A DNA stretch of 64,000 nt from Promethearchaeota archaeon (GTDB lineage: Archaea > Asgardarchaeota > Lokiarchaeia > Sigyniarchaeales > SOKP01). Shown here piece after piece: positions 31,233-42,128 of the stretch; position 1 is the first letter of the stretch, and the number at the start of each line of letters is the position of its first letter. The position numbers were made by a program, and so were the translations under genes. The DNA lies in NCBI GenBank assembly GCA_048941015.1, contig JBHLNZ010000006.1, forward strand, positions 1 through 64,000. Reading direction: 5' to 3'. Under the pieces are notes generated by a model, which did no database searches, was not told the DNA's origin, and saw only the letters and a program-made list of their open reading frames with translations.

Positions 31233-32849
31233 ATGGGTACTGAAAATTTGGAACGGAAAATCTTTTACGGTGGACCCATAGTTACCATTAATGATAGAAA
31301 ACCATTCGTTCAAGCTGTAGGAATAAGTGGAGAAAAAATTCTTTCCATAGGTAATTTGAAACAAGTAAAAAATGCTATGGGAGAGAGCTATACTCTAATT
31401 AATTTGAATGGTAATACTATGTTACCTGGATTTATTGACAGTCATCTTCATCCAATAATTCATTCTTTCTTCCTATTAAATCCTGACTTAACTACCATAA
31501 ATAGCCTGGATGGCCTAAAAAAATTATTTGAAAGAATATGCAAAACAAAAAAAGAAGATGAATTAATAATTGGATTTAATTTGAAAGAAGAGAATTTCGA
31601 TAAACCTATTTTACCAACAAAATGGGATTTAGATGAAATCTGTAAAGATAAACCATTATTTATTATGCGTTATGATGGTCATATCGGTATTGCAAATAGC
31701 AAGGCATTAGAATTAGCAGGCATATCAGAAGATACCATTTCACCCGAAGGTGGAGAAATACGTAAAAATGAAGATGGTGAATTAACAGGGATTATCTCTG
31801 AAAAAGCATTAGATTTAATCTTATCAAAAATTTCATTTCCTGGTCCCGAAGAAATTAAGGAAGCTGCTAAAGAGGCATTTAAAATATTAGCCCAAAAAGG
31901 AATAACATCACTTCATGGTATCCTTAGTACTGATGCAAAAGGAGAATTTGGAGGTGCTGCTGCTGTTGAAATGCCCATATATAGAAGTATTCAAGATATA
32001 ATACCTCAAAATTGGTATGCATTGATTAATACCGACAAACCAAAGAAATTAGTTCGATTAAAAAAACCACCCCTTGATAATGGCACTGAGTATAGTAAAT
32101 TTAAGCTGAATTGTCTAAAGCTTTATTTAGATGGCACATTTGGAGCAAAAACAGCTTGCATGTATGAACCTTTTACAGATGCACCTGGTCAATGTGGTTT
32201 TTGTGTAGTCGATGAAAATGAAATTTATGAAAAAATGAAGATTGCTCATAGAAATGGGTTTCAAATTGGCATTCATGCTATAGGTGATAAAGGAAATAGG
32301 ATTGTTGTTGATCTATACAAAAAGCTTTTAAAAGAATTTCCAAGAGAAAATCATAGACACAGAATTGAACACGCGTCAATGCTTACTCCTGATGTAATAC
32401 GAGATATGAGAGATTATGGGATAATCGCTTCTTGTCAGCCACCTTTTTTAAACTCCGAATATCATTGGTTAGAAAAAAGATTAGGTAAAGATCGTCTGAA
32501 ATATACTTATCCATTCAAATCTATAATTAGTGCGGGGGTAATATTAGCATCTGGTTCTGATTGCCCAATAGAAGATCCCAGTCCAATTCTAGGATTACAT
32601 GCGTTAATTAATCGAAATGGTATAGTAATCGAGGAATGTATCTCTATAGAAGAAGCTTTGAAAACATATACTATTAATGCTGCGTATGCTGCCTTTGAAG
32701 AAAATGTGAAAGGAAGTATAGAAGAAGGAAAATTGGCTGATTTTGTAATTTTAGACAAGAATCCTCTTGAAACCGAAAAAGACAGAATTAAAGATATTAA
32801 AGTCGTTGAGACAATAATACGGGGAAAATCAGTTTTTAGAATAGATTAA
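31233..32849 (+). CDS. Amidohydrolase (YtcJ-like, Amidohydro_3)
   Basis: PGFIDSHLH, KLYLDG, IHAIGD, RIEHAS, GSDCP and GSIEEGKLADF motifs. Confidence 0.92.
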   Translation: MGTENLERKIFYGGPIVTINDRKPFVQAVGISGEKILSIGNLKQVKNAMGESYTLINLNGNTMLPGFIDSHLHPIIHSFFLLNPDLTTINSLDGLKKLFERICKTKKEDELIIGFNLKEENFDKPILPTKWDLDEICKDKPLFIMRYDGHIGIANSKALELAGISEDTISPEGGEIRKNEDGELTGIISEKALDLILSKISFPGPEEIKEAAKEAFKILAQKGITSLHGILSTDAKGEFGGAAAVEMPIYRSIQDIIPQNWYALINTDKPKKLVRLKKPPLDNGTEYSKFKLNCLKLYLDGTFGAKTACMYEPFTDAPGQCGFCVVDENEIYEKMKIAHRNGFQIGIHAIGDKGNRIVVDLYKKLLKEFPRENHRHRIEHASMLTPDVIRDMRDYGIIASCQPPFLNSEYHWLEKRLGKDRLKYTYPFKSIISAGVILASGSDCPIEDPSPILGLHALINRNGIVIEECISIEEALKTYTINAAYAAFEENVKGSIEEGKLADFVILDKNPLETEKDRIKDIKVVETIIRGKSVFRID

Positions 32850-32852
32850 AAA

Positions 32853-34031
32853 TTAATCAGTAAAATAGAGATGCTCATCAAACCCAGTTTCAGCAATTAA
32901 ATCTTGTCCAAGTTTCTGTATCGCTCTTTTAGTAGGATTTTGTAAGATCCTTTTAGCTATTTTTACAACTTTGGTTAATTTTACATCAGGAAATTCCTTA
33001 ATAATATTATCATATCGCGAAAAATCGATTCCAGCCGTATAAACGCCTGCATGTCCATGTGTTGCTGAACTAGAAACTGACCAATGCTCCACTTTCAATT
33101 CAATTCTTGAAAGAAGTAAACTAGAAGTAAACCAATCTAAATATAATTCCATTCTTTTTGATTTTCTTTTTGTAGTTTTTAACATCTTGAAAGCTCGATT
33201 AAGCCTATCAGGATGCATTTCTTTAAAGACTCTTTCTTGAGGTTCAGACATACTTTCTTTAACGTGAGATTTTATTTGATCAATTATTTCATTAACTTTT
33301 TGAGCTCTTTCTTCTGTGATTTCTTGATGAATTGCTTGAACATGTTGAGCGATTGTTGCATCAAAGTCGTTGTCTTGTTCAGATGAAATCTCTTGGCCTT
33401 CTGAATTGCTTTGATTACTACCTAATGATTCATTTATTTGTTGAATTTCTGTTGGCATGTTATAAATTTCTTTTTGTTGTAGGGTAAATAATTCTGCTAA
33501 TTTCTGGGGATTTTGTCTTACATCATTGAATTTCTCTTGTATTTCGTGGCGAGAGTAGCCCATATTCATAAGATAAAATGCCGCGCTAGATAATTGGTTT
33601 TCTAGCGCTTCTTCGGCACTATAGTTTCCCACAGTCCCAAATTGCTCCCGTAATTGATCATCAGCTATTAAACTAATCTTTTCTTCATTAATCTCTTCTA
33701 ACTTTATATTATCCAACTTAGTTAGTATATGATCAATCTGTTCACTTGCTAAGTAGTTCAAATTACCAATTGGACCCACCATATATGAAATCTTTTCCAT
33801 CTTCTTTAAAAGCTCGGAAATATCCTTTCGATTTCTTCCTTTTGAAATCTTTAAAAAGTGTTGTAATAAATTTTTATTAAAACCAGCAATAATTTCAAGT
33901 CCGCGATCATCATAACTTCCCAAATACTCAGATAATTTACTTTCTTGGAATTCAGAGGGAAGATTGATATTAAAAACCAATACATTATCAACAATCATAT
34001 AAATGTAATCTAATTTGTCCATAATCATCAA
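32853..34031 (-). CDS. Hypothetical protein with a possible UBA-like segment
   Basis: Long ORF with normal codon usage; contains LMNMGYSRHEIQEKF. Confidence 0.7.
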   Translation of the reverse strand: MMIMDKLDYIYMIVDNVLVFNINLPSEFQESKLSEYLGSYDDRGLEIIAGFNKNLLQHFLKISKGRNRKDISELLKKMEKISYMVGPIGNLNYLASEQIDHILTKLDNIKLEEINEEKISLIADDQLREQFGTVGNYSAEEALENQLSSAAFYLMNMGYSRHEIQEKFNDVRQNPQKLAELFTLQQKEIYNMPTEIQQINESLGSNQSNSEGQEISSEQDNDFDATIAQHVQAIHQEITEERAQKVNEIIDQIKSHVKESMSEPQERVFKEMHPDRLNRAFKMLKTTKRKSKRMELYLDWFTSSLLLSRIELKVEHWSVSSSATHGHAGVYTAGIDFSRYDNIIKEFPDVKLTKVVKIAKRILQNPTKRAIQKLGQDLIAETGFDEHLYFTD

Positions 34032-34126
34032 AAGTCGTAAGCTTAATTTCCTTCAGATATTGTTATCCCTAGTAAAAAATTAAAAATCTAAATATCTTAT
34101 AAAAATAATTACATTTATACTTTGCA

Positions 34127-34618
34127 TTAACGATTTAATTGGTATTTTTTTTTGACTTTTCGAGCAAAATCCATCTGTTCTTTAGTTTCAAGACTACACG
34201 GACGGATTTTTCGAATCCATTTTACAGGATCTATATCATTTGGAATATGTCCAGTATGTGCTGCCCATGCAACTATAAATTGAGCGGTTCTTCCACATCC
34301 AGCAACACAATGGACAACTATTGATTCATTTTTTCTATGATGTTCATTACAAATTTCAAGAAAAGTTTCAATTTGCTTATTTGTGGGTATACCATAATCA
34401 GGAACGTTAATATGGTAATAATTAAAACTATTTGGAATATCCTTACGATTATTAAATTCAGAACAATTAATAATAACCGAAATTCCTCTTTCTTTATAAA
34501 TTTTGAATAAATTTGAATCTGGCCACCAACTTGCTGCCACTTTTCCTTTAATTATCCATGTAAAAGGTTCTGTTCTATGGGGTTGACCTTCTTTTGGCCA
34601 GTACCAAGGATAAGTCAT
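34127..34618 (-). CDS. Dual-specificity protein phosphatase (DUSP23/CDC14-like)
   Basis: VPDYGIP general-acid loop, VHCVAGCGRT P-loop (CX5R) and IRP.SLET.EQ Q-loop. Confidence 0.92.
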   Translation of the reverse strand: MTYPWYWPKEGQPHRTEPFTWIIKGKVAASWWPDSNLFKIYKERGISVIINCSEFNNRKDIPNSFNYYHINVPDYGIPTNKQIETFLEICNEHHRKNESIVVHCVAGCGRTAQFIVAWAAHTGHIPNDIDPVKWIRKIRPCSLETKEQMDFARKVKKKYQLNR

Positions 34619-34704
34619 AACTATTAAAATTAGATAAATAATATTAACTTGTTCAATATATCTTTAAATTTAAAAAAAAATATTAAAATAGAATAAAAAA
34701 AAAA

Positions 34705-37700
34705 TTATAAATTATTTTTTAAATGATTTATCCGCTTCTTTACAATAAAAATTGAAACAAGACTAACGATTGTAATGACGAAGATTAAGTTATATCCCGA
34801 TATTCCCCCAGGTGTAGGAGGAGAGGGTATAGAAACCACTACTTCTATACAATTTGAGAGTGTATCACCATATCTATTATGAGCAACGACTATATAGTAG
34901 TATGTACCATTTTCTAATCCAGATATCGATAAAGGACTTATGCCTGTTTGATATGCTATATTACTAAGTTCACCATTAATCTCAGATATAAAACTAATAC
35001 TTTGATACACTGAATAATTATCAGCATTCGTAGCTGAATTCCATAGCAAATCAAAATTACCATCATCGTCAGGTGTTCCAGCTAACGAAGATAATACAAA
35101 ACTTCCAGGTGGAAATTGAGGTGAAAGTAAATTAGAACTACTAAATTCTAATGAATAATTTGCTGTGATTGTAAAAATTGTAAACATGAAGGTACCATTT
35201 AGTAAAATACCTGTGGATTTTTCATACCATGCAAATCCTCCCGGATAAAGCAAGTCTTCAAGTACCCACACATTATAATCTCCATATCCCGGTATATTAA
35301 TTGCAAGCTCTCCAGTACAATTATAGATATGATCACCACTATAATATGAAGCGATAGATATTAAATCTCCAATTGAAATGTCAGTAAATATCCAAAGTGG
35401 AGTGTGTTGATTAATTCCAAAAGTAAAATTACCTTGATTATTGGTCATGATTCGGGTATACGCATCAACATCCCATGTTCCTTCAAAATAATACTCTAAT
35501 GTGGCTGTGAATTTTACGTGGAATAAACGATTATAAATATGATGTTCCGTCATAAGATAGCTATAATCTACACGTGCCGGTCCATTCAATTCTCCCGCAG
35601 ACATTAGGTAGTTAATATATAGATTATCAATAAGCTTTATTTCTTTGATTGGAACTATCTTAGTCACTTCATTGTTATCGATAAAGATCTCTCCACTTAC
35701 AGGAGGAGTATTTGCAGTAAAATTGTAGTCATCATACGATATTGGAGTAAAATTATAGGTTATAGACCTGTTCGCTCCTACATCTAAGTTAGATATTGAA
35801 GTATAATTAACTTGAACTTCATTAAGATAAAGATATAGCTCTACATCTGCTTCATCTAAAGTACCCTCGTTAAATACAGTTGCAGTAATAAGATATGTAG
35901 AATCTAGTTCGCAATATCCAGGGACTTCAACAATCAGTTTTAATTCATGGTCAAAAATCACATAATTGAAATTTGCATTAGTATCATTGAACTCAAATTC
36001 ATAAAAATTAGAACCACCATCAAAATAAAATACCCCTTCTAAAAGAAATCCTGTAGATTTCTCATATATCGCTATTCCTCCGGTTTGTGTCAAATCAATA
36101 AGTTCCAAAGCTTCTACTATACTAGTATTAGGTAATTCATAATAGATCTGTCTTGATACATTAAAAATATGATCTCCTTCACCATCTACCGCAATTGGAA
36201 CGGTATCATTTAGGTTCACATCATTAAATATCCATATAGGAGTATGATAACTATTACCGAAATAAAAATCTCCACCTGAATTTAACATTATTCTATTCTC
36301 CCCATTTTCATCCCAATAACCGTGATATAACATTCCAATATTAAGGAACCAATCAAGATGGAAGATATTGCCTGAAAACTCAGTATATTCAAAACCAGAA
36401 GGACCAATTGTTCCATCAAGATTAAGAGTGTGATTTAAATATAATCCATCAAAAAGTTTGATATCTATAATTCTTAAAATTTCAATTACTATGTTATTAT
36501 AGATAATCGTTTCATTTTCAACGGGAGGAGCATAGGCAGTAAAATTGTAAGTTCCGTACTCCGTAGGCGTCCAATTATAATTGAGTATCTCACTGTTTCC
36601 CGGATCTAAACTTGAAATAATTTTATCATTTATGATAAGTTCATTAAGGTACAGTATAAATTCAAATGTATTTTCTGTGTTATTCCCTTTGTTCGTAATT
36701 ACAGCATTTATAATATAACTATTGTTAATCTTAGGAGTACTTGGTAGATTTAAAGTTACTTCAAGATCATGTTCTGGTATCATACCACCAGTTCCTAAGA
36801 TTTGAATATCATCTACTAGCCATCCACGATAATCATTATATAAGGAATCATAGGTGTCAAAATAAAACATAAATTGAACAGAGGAATTACCACAATAATT
36901 TGAAATATTTATTGATTCCTTTTGCCAAGGAGAAATATTAGCATCAGAAATATATATCTCCTCCCAATTAAATCCATCGATTGAAATATAAACATAGGAA
37001 ACATCATAATTTGTATTAGATTCTACTTCCTTCCAGTGATAAAATTCTAACATAGCAGAATCTAAATCTGATAGATCAATTGGTATTGAAGTAAAGTTAC
37101 CAAACTCACGATATCCTGTATCAAAAGTTCCGGTTGTTTCATTTCCAAACCACATAGAATGAATGGGAGAGTAATATGGATTTGGCCACGCACTGCTACT
37201 ATTTGTTAGATGCCATAGTCCATTAATGTTTTCCCATTTAGATAGATCACTTTCGAAATCTTCATAAAATAGAGATCCCATAATCTGTACCAATTTAATC
37301 TCTTTATTATTTATTAAAATTGTTTCGCCAGAAACTGGTTGGGCATAAGCAGTAAAATTGTATGTTTTATATTCTGTAGGGAACCAGGTATAATTAATTG
37401 TTTTACTAGAGCCTACAGAAAAATCTGGGATGATTGCAGAATTTACAAGAATTTCATCCAAATATAAGTAGAAACTGACACTCGTCTCATCATTCTCACC
37501 ATTATTATATACTGTAGCATTTACAACATAAGATTCAAGAACTTCTGGATTTGATGGAACTTCCACAGAAACCCCTAAATCATGATCCAAGGTAGGATAT
37601 CTAATTGTTGCATTTCCTGTTCCTGATATCGCTTTAGCGATTAAATAATATTTTCCATTTTCTGTAGGTGTATAAGATATTACCTCATCTTCACCTAATG

Positions 37701-39948
37701 TGCTAGATGTGCTTGATTTAAGCATAATTGGTTCTCCTATTGAAGAGGGATTATTGGAATATAAATGCAAATCGAAATCTGCTCCGGTTGGAACATCTAA
37801 AGTAAATATATAATTATTTCCACTAAGTAAATTAACATAACAACCTAGGCCATGTTTGGTAAAGGGATCTTGATCACTACTTGATATTAACGAACTCTTT
37901 AGGGATCCTAAAGTAAGTTGTTGAGTGTATGCTTCTATTGCAATATCAAGATTAGTTCTTCCATACCCTTCATGTACATCTTTACCACCCCTATCTAACG
38001 TGGGTGAATATTCACTATATGGTGATTCTCTCTGCAATGGATAAGTTTCAGTGGCAGACATCAACATTAATGATTTAACTCTTTTTGCTTCTGTTCCTGT
38101 AAAACCCCAACTTTGCATACCACCCATAGCTTCAATTAACACATTTACTGCACCAGCTACAGCAGGGGTGGCCATTGAAGTACCTTGAGCTCCATATAAA
38201 TCATCAATATAACCTTCAGTAGGATATCCTCCTTCAGCATCATTATCATTTGTATCTGCAGAATACATTTGAAGATTATAAAAACTTCCCCCTGGAGCAG
38301 TAATATCTGGTTTCATTGTACTGCCTGTATAGGAATTACCACCTTGACTACTATAAGATGTTATTTGATCATCAATGCTCATCGAAGCTACTGTAATAAC
38401 ATTATCAGCATCTCCAGGAGAACCAATATGATTGAATATTGGGCCACTATTACCAGCAGCAACAACAGTAACTATTCCATTTTCAACCGCATTATTTACT
38501 GCACTAATCATAGATGTTTGACCCGATGGACCCCCTAAACTCATAGATATAGTTGTTATATTATAGTTATTTTTATTACTTATAACCCAATTAATACCAT
38601 CAATTATATCAGATAGAGTTCCTGACCCATATTGGTCTAAAACCTTAACTCCTACTAAGTGAGCATCGGGGGCGATTCCAATCCATGGATCTCCTGATCC
38701 GTAAAGATTAGGACTGAAAGGCCAATGAATTTCGCTTCTAAATTTAATATCCCAATCATATACATAGCCATCATCACCATCATCCAAAATTAAATCAAAT
38801 CTAAAGGAATATAACCCTAAATCCGTACTTGGAACGGTATATGAGAGATTGTGCATCCAAGTATCCGAATCATTAATATAAGAAGCTACTAGTGTATCTT
38901 CAAAATATAAATAGCCATAAAAATCGACATCATCCGGACTTGGAGTGGAATCTTCAAATTCAGTCGGAATTTCAATCACTCCTGGATTAGTTACATTAAA
39001 CCTTGCCCAATTTACTTCATACGTACCCGGTGAGTCTAAACCTGTATTCCAAGAACTCAATTCATAGGATGCAGTTGATACGCTTCTATCTAAATAATCA
39101 TAATTTGGAGTTCCTATTCCCGTAGCTATCCCTGAACAATGAGTACCATGAGAATTATCATCATATGGTGTGGATAAGCTATTAACCATATCTTGCCAAC
39201 CAATTATTTTATAATTAGGATCCCCCTCTGAATATCCAAGACCAAAAAAATCATGAGAATCATCAATACCAGTGTCAATAACTGCTATTGAGCTAAAAAA
39301 ATCACCATCATAGGATAGATTATTCCAAACATATGGACGAAGATTCATATTACGTGTAGTGTAATATAATTGAGCTTCATAGAGTGCATCTTCTTCAATT
39401 ATATAAGGAATATTATTAATATTTAGTTCATTACTGAATTCAAATAATGTATCATAATCAATCGATCCAGCAAAACCGTTAATAGCTTTTTCATAAGTTG
39501 ATGTGACCAAGCCTCCCAATTTTTCAAAAAGCTCTTTTATCGAATTATAATTTCCTTCTGGAAAAGATATTACAACTGGAATGCTCTCTTTCTTAATAAT
39601 TATTTCGTCTCTCTCCAAATGGACAATTGTTCCTTCTGTATACTCGGTTTCACTTCTTTCATTGTCGTTAGAATATGAAATAAAACCATATTCTGCGATA
39701 AGTTCTAAATTTTTTTCAAAGTGGTCATTTATCCCATTTTTGTCCTTATCAACGGATTTAATTAAATCATTCCATTCTAATAACGAGTTCTGTTCAAAAT
39801 TTAATAAATTTAGGTCAATTTCTTGAATCTCTTCTGAATTTCTATTAATTGATTTTGTAATTAAAGGATTGGTAAAAAACGGGTAAATAATATTTATACT
39901 TATTAAGCACAAAATTAAGCTAATTCTACTATTATTTCTTATTTGCAT
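34705..39948 (-). CDS. S8 subtilisin-like serine protease with PPC/CARDB modules and a Loki-CTERM-type C-terminal sorting signal
   Basis: Catalytic IDTG, HGTHCSG, AAGN and GTSMATP; repeated HDL.V.l..P...V.N.G CARDB-like units; C-terminus PTPGGISGYNLIFVITIVSLVSIFIVKKR. Confidence 0.92.
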   Translation of the reverse strand: MQIRNNSRISLILCLISINIIYPFFTNPLITKSINRNSEEIQEIDLNLLNFEQNSLLEWNDLIKSVDKDKNGINDHFEKNLELIAEYGFISYSNDNERSETEYTEGTIVHLERDEIIIKKESIPVVISFPEGNYNSIKELFEKLGGLVTSTYEKAINGFAGSIDYDTLFEFSNELNINNIPYIIEEDALYEAQLYYTTRNMNLRPYVWNNLSYDGDFFSSIAVIDTGIDDSHDFFGLGYSEGDPNYKIIGWQDMVNSLSTPYDDNSHGTHCSGIATGIGTPNYDYLDRSVSTASYELSSWNTGLDSPGTYEVNWARFNVTNPGVIEIPTEFEDSTPSPDDVDFYGYLYFEDTLVASYINDSDTWMHNLSYTVPSTDLGLYSFRFDLILDDGDDGYVYDWDIKFRSEIHWPFSPNLYGSGDPWIGIAPDAHLVGVKVLDQYGSGTLSDIIDGINWVISNKNNYNITTISMSLGGPSGQTSMISAVNNAVENGIVTVVAAGNSGPIFNHIGSPGDADNVITVASMSIDDQITSYSSQGGNSYTGSTMKPDITAPGGSFYNLQMYSADTNDNDAEGGYPTEGYIDDLYGAQGTSMATPAVAGAVNVLIEAMGGMQSWGFTGTEAKRVKSLMLMSATETYPLQRESPYSEYSPTLDRGGKDVHEGYGRTNLDIAIEAYTQQLTLGSLKSSLISSSDQDPFTKHGLGCYVNLLSGNNYIFTLDVPTGADFDLHLYSNNPSSIGEPIMLKSSTSSTLGEDEVISYTPTENGKYYLIAKAISGTGNATIRYPTLDHDLGVSVEVPSNPEVLESYVVNATVYNNGENDETSVSFYLYLDEILVNSAIIPDFSVGSSKTINYTWFPTEYKTYNFTAYAQPVSGETILINNKEIKLVQIMGSLFYEDFESDLSKWENINGLWHLTNSSSAWPNPYYSPIHSMWFGNETTGTFDTGYREFGNFTSIPIDLSDLDSAMLEFYHWKEVESNTNYDVSYVYISIDGFNWEEIYISDANISPWQKESINISNYCGNSSVQFMFYFDTYDSLYNDYRGWLVDDIQILGTGGMIPEHDLEVTLNLPSTPKINNSYIINAVITNKGNNTENTFEFILYLNELIINDKIISSLDPGNSEILNYNWTPTEYGTYNFTAYAPPVENETIIYNNIVIEILRIIDIKLFDGLYLNHTLNLDGTIGPSGFEYTEFSGNIFHLDWFLNIGMLYHGYWDENGENRIMLNSGGDFYFGNSYHTPIWIFNDVNLNDTVPIAVDGEGDHIFNVSRQIYYELPNTSIVEALELIDLTQTGGIAIYEKSTGFLLEGVFYFDGGSNFYEFEFNDTNANFNYVIFDHELKLIVEVPGYCELDSTYLITATVFNEGTLDEADVELYLYLNEVQVNYTSISNLDVGANRSITYNFTPISYDDYNFTANTPPVSGEIFIDNNEVTKIVPIKEIKLIDNLYINYLMSAGELNGPARVDYSYLMTEHHIYNRLFHVKFTATLEYYFEGTWDVDAYTRIMTNNQGNFTFGINQHTPLWIFTDISIGDLISIASYYSGDHIYNCTGELAINIPGYGDYNVWVLEDLLYPGGFAWYEKSTGILLNGTFMFTIFTITANYSLEFSSSNLLSPQFPPGSFVLSSLAGTPDDDGNFDLLWNSATNADNYSVYQSISFISEINGELSNIAYQTGISPLSISGLENGTYYYIVVAHNRYGDTLSNCIEVVVSIPSPPTPGGISGYNLIFVITIVSLVSIFIVKKRINHLKNNL

Positions 39949-40169
39949 ATTTTCAATTTTTTATTAGTTTTTACAGAATTGTTATATTATTCAAAAAGAG
40001 TTTTGTATTTATTTCTATCTAAGTACTTTTATTAAATTGTTAATTCAGATGTTCAAAACTTCTCGAATATTTTAATTAAAAAACTAATTAAATTAAAATC
40101 TAAATTTTTAACTAATATTCTTTATTTATATTATTTAGTATTCGGTATAATCTTAATAATTCAATAACA

Positions 40170-40616
40170 ATGCATCCCAATACTCGCCATTATCCAAAAT
40201 ATCCACATATTGGTGTTGGAATTCTTCTAATCAGGGAAAATAGTTTGCTTTTAGTTAAAAGGAAATTTAATCCTGATGCAGGTTATTGGTCTATACCAGG
40301 TGGTCATCTAGATCTTGGTGAAAAGGTGAAAAACGCTGCAGAAAGAGAAGGTTTCGAAGAAACCGGCTTTAGAGTGCGAATAACCAAATTAGCAGGTATT
40401 ATTGATAAAATAATGTATGATTCTGAAGGGGAACTTGAATATCATTATGTTCTCATTAATTACTTTGTAGAACAAATCGAAGGAGATCATAATCAACAAC
40501 CTGTGCCAGATACAGATGCTTTAGAAGCTAAATTTGTAAAGTTTGATGATTTAAAGAGCTATAAATTGACTGAATCATTAATAGAACTTCTTAAACAATT
40601 AAAAATAGGATATTAA
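40170..40616 (+). CDS. NUDIX hydrolase (ADP-ribose pyrophosphatase-like)
   Basis: Nudix box GGHLDLGEKVKNAAEREGFEETG. Confidence 0.92.
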   Translation: MHPNTRHYPKYPHIGVGILLIRENSLLLVKRKFNPDAGYWSIPGGHLDLGEKVKNAAEREGFEETGFRVRITKLAGIIDKIMYDSEGELEYHYVLINYFVEQIEGDHNQQPVPDTDALEAKFVKFDDLKSYKLTESLIELLKQLKIGY

Positions 40617-40783
40617 GATTCTAAGATCTTTAATTCAATGAAATATAAAAAAAATATAGATTCAATAGTTATTGATTCCATTTTTATTATTTTTTATTAA
40701 ACAAAAGAATTTAATGTTTCCATAATTATTTTGATATAGAATAATATCTACTAAGTTATAATTTAAGAGATGGTTAATTAGAA

Positions 40784-42097
40784 TTGTCTACCTTAATGAA
40801 ATCTGCTAAAGCTAACATAATTACTAAAGAAATGGAAATAGTCGCCCAAAAGGAACAATTAGACGTTGATTTTATTCGAAAAGGTATTGCTAATGGACGA
40901 ATTATAATCCCAAAATCTAATAGGCGTAATACGGATCCAATAGGAATAGGAGAAGGGTTGCTTGTAAAAATAAATGCAAATATTGGTTCAAGTAAAAAAG
41001 TCTGCAATATTAATGGTGAGCTTGAAAAAGCTAAGATTGCTGTTAAGTTTGGAGCAGATACTGTTATGGATCTCAGTACAGGGGTTACAGAACAAGATGT
41101 TATAACCATAAGGAACCAGATTCTAAAAGAAATTACAGTTCCACTTGGAACGGTACCTATCTACCAATCTGCATTAAGAGCTATTGAAAAGAAAGGAGCT
41201 ATAATTAATTTTGATGAAGATGATCTTTTTAATGTAGTAGAAGAACAAGCAAAGGAAGGAGTAGATTTCTTTACGATTCATGTGGGAGTTACAAAAAATA
41301 TTGTAGATTATCTAAAAGAACATCCAAGAACGATGGGAGTTGTCTCACGTGGAGGAACTTTCCTAGCAGCATGGATTCTTGAAAATGAAGTGGAAAATCC
41401 ATTTTATAGCAATTATGATTATCTTTTAGAGATGGCGAAAGAGTATGATTTTACACTCTCACTTGGAGATGGGATGAGACCCGGTTGTATTTTTGACTCA
41501 ACAGATTATCCTCAAATTCAAGAATTGATGGAAATTTCTAATTTAGTAAAAAGAGCATGGAATATGGATGTTCAAGTAATGGTAGAAGGACCAGGACATA
41601 TTCCCGCAGATGAAGTTGAGAGAAATGTAAAAATTATGAAATCTTTATGTAATGGTGCTCCATTCTATGTCTTAGGGCCATTAGTAACTGATATTGCTCC
41701 AGGATATGATCACATTGTTAGTGCTATTGGTGGAGTCATGGCTGGTTTAGCAGGTGCAGATTATCTCTGTTATGTTACCCCTTCTGAACATTTAGCATTA
41801 CCAGATAAAGAAGAGGTTAAACAAGGAGTTATTGCATCTAAAATTGCAGCACACGCAGTGAATATTGCAAAATACGGAAAAAAGGCTTCAAATTGGGATT
41901 ATAAAATGGACATAGCCCGTAAAAATTTAGACTGGGAAGGGATGATAAAGCAATCCATCGATCCACATTTATCTCGAGAAAAACATTATCGAAATGGGTC
42001 ATTTGAAGATGATGTTTGCAGTATGTGTGGGGAATTTTGTGCTATTAAAATCCTGAAAGATGCGTTAGATAAAAAAAGGTCAAAAAATTTATTGTAA
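40784..42097 (+). CDS. thiC: Phosphomethylpyrimidine synthase
   Basis: KINANIG, DTVMDLSTG, GTVPIYQ, SRGG, EGPGH, YVTPSEHL and CSMCGEFC motifs. Confidence 0.96.
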   Translation: MSTLMKSAKANIITKEMEIVAQKEQLDVDFIRKGIANGRIIIPKSNRRNTDPIGIGEGLLVKINANIGSSKKVCNINGELEKAKIAVKFGADTVMDLSTGVTEQDVITIRNQILKEITVPLGTVPIYQSALRAIEKKGAIINFDEDDLFNVVEEQAKEGVDFFTIHVGVTKNIVDYLKEHPRTMGVVSRGGTFLAAWILENEVENPFYSNYDYLLEMAKEYDFTLSLGDGMRPGCIFDSTDYPQIQELMEISNLVKRAWNMDVQVMVEGPGHIPADEVERNVKIMKSLCNGAPFYVLGPLVTDIAPGYDHIVSAIGGVMAGLAGADYLCYVTPSEHLALPDKEEVKQGVIASKIAAHAVNIAKYGKKASNWDYKMDIARKNLDWEGMIKQSIDPHLSREKHYRNGSFEDDVCSMCGEFCAIKILKDALDKKRSKNLL

Positions 42098-42128
42098 AAT
42101 CCGCTTTTAATGGATTGAAAAGTGCTAA

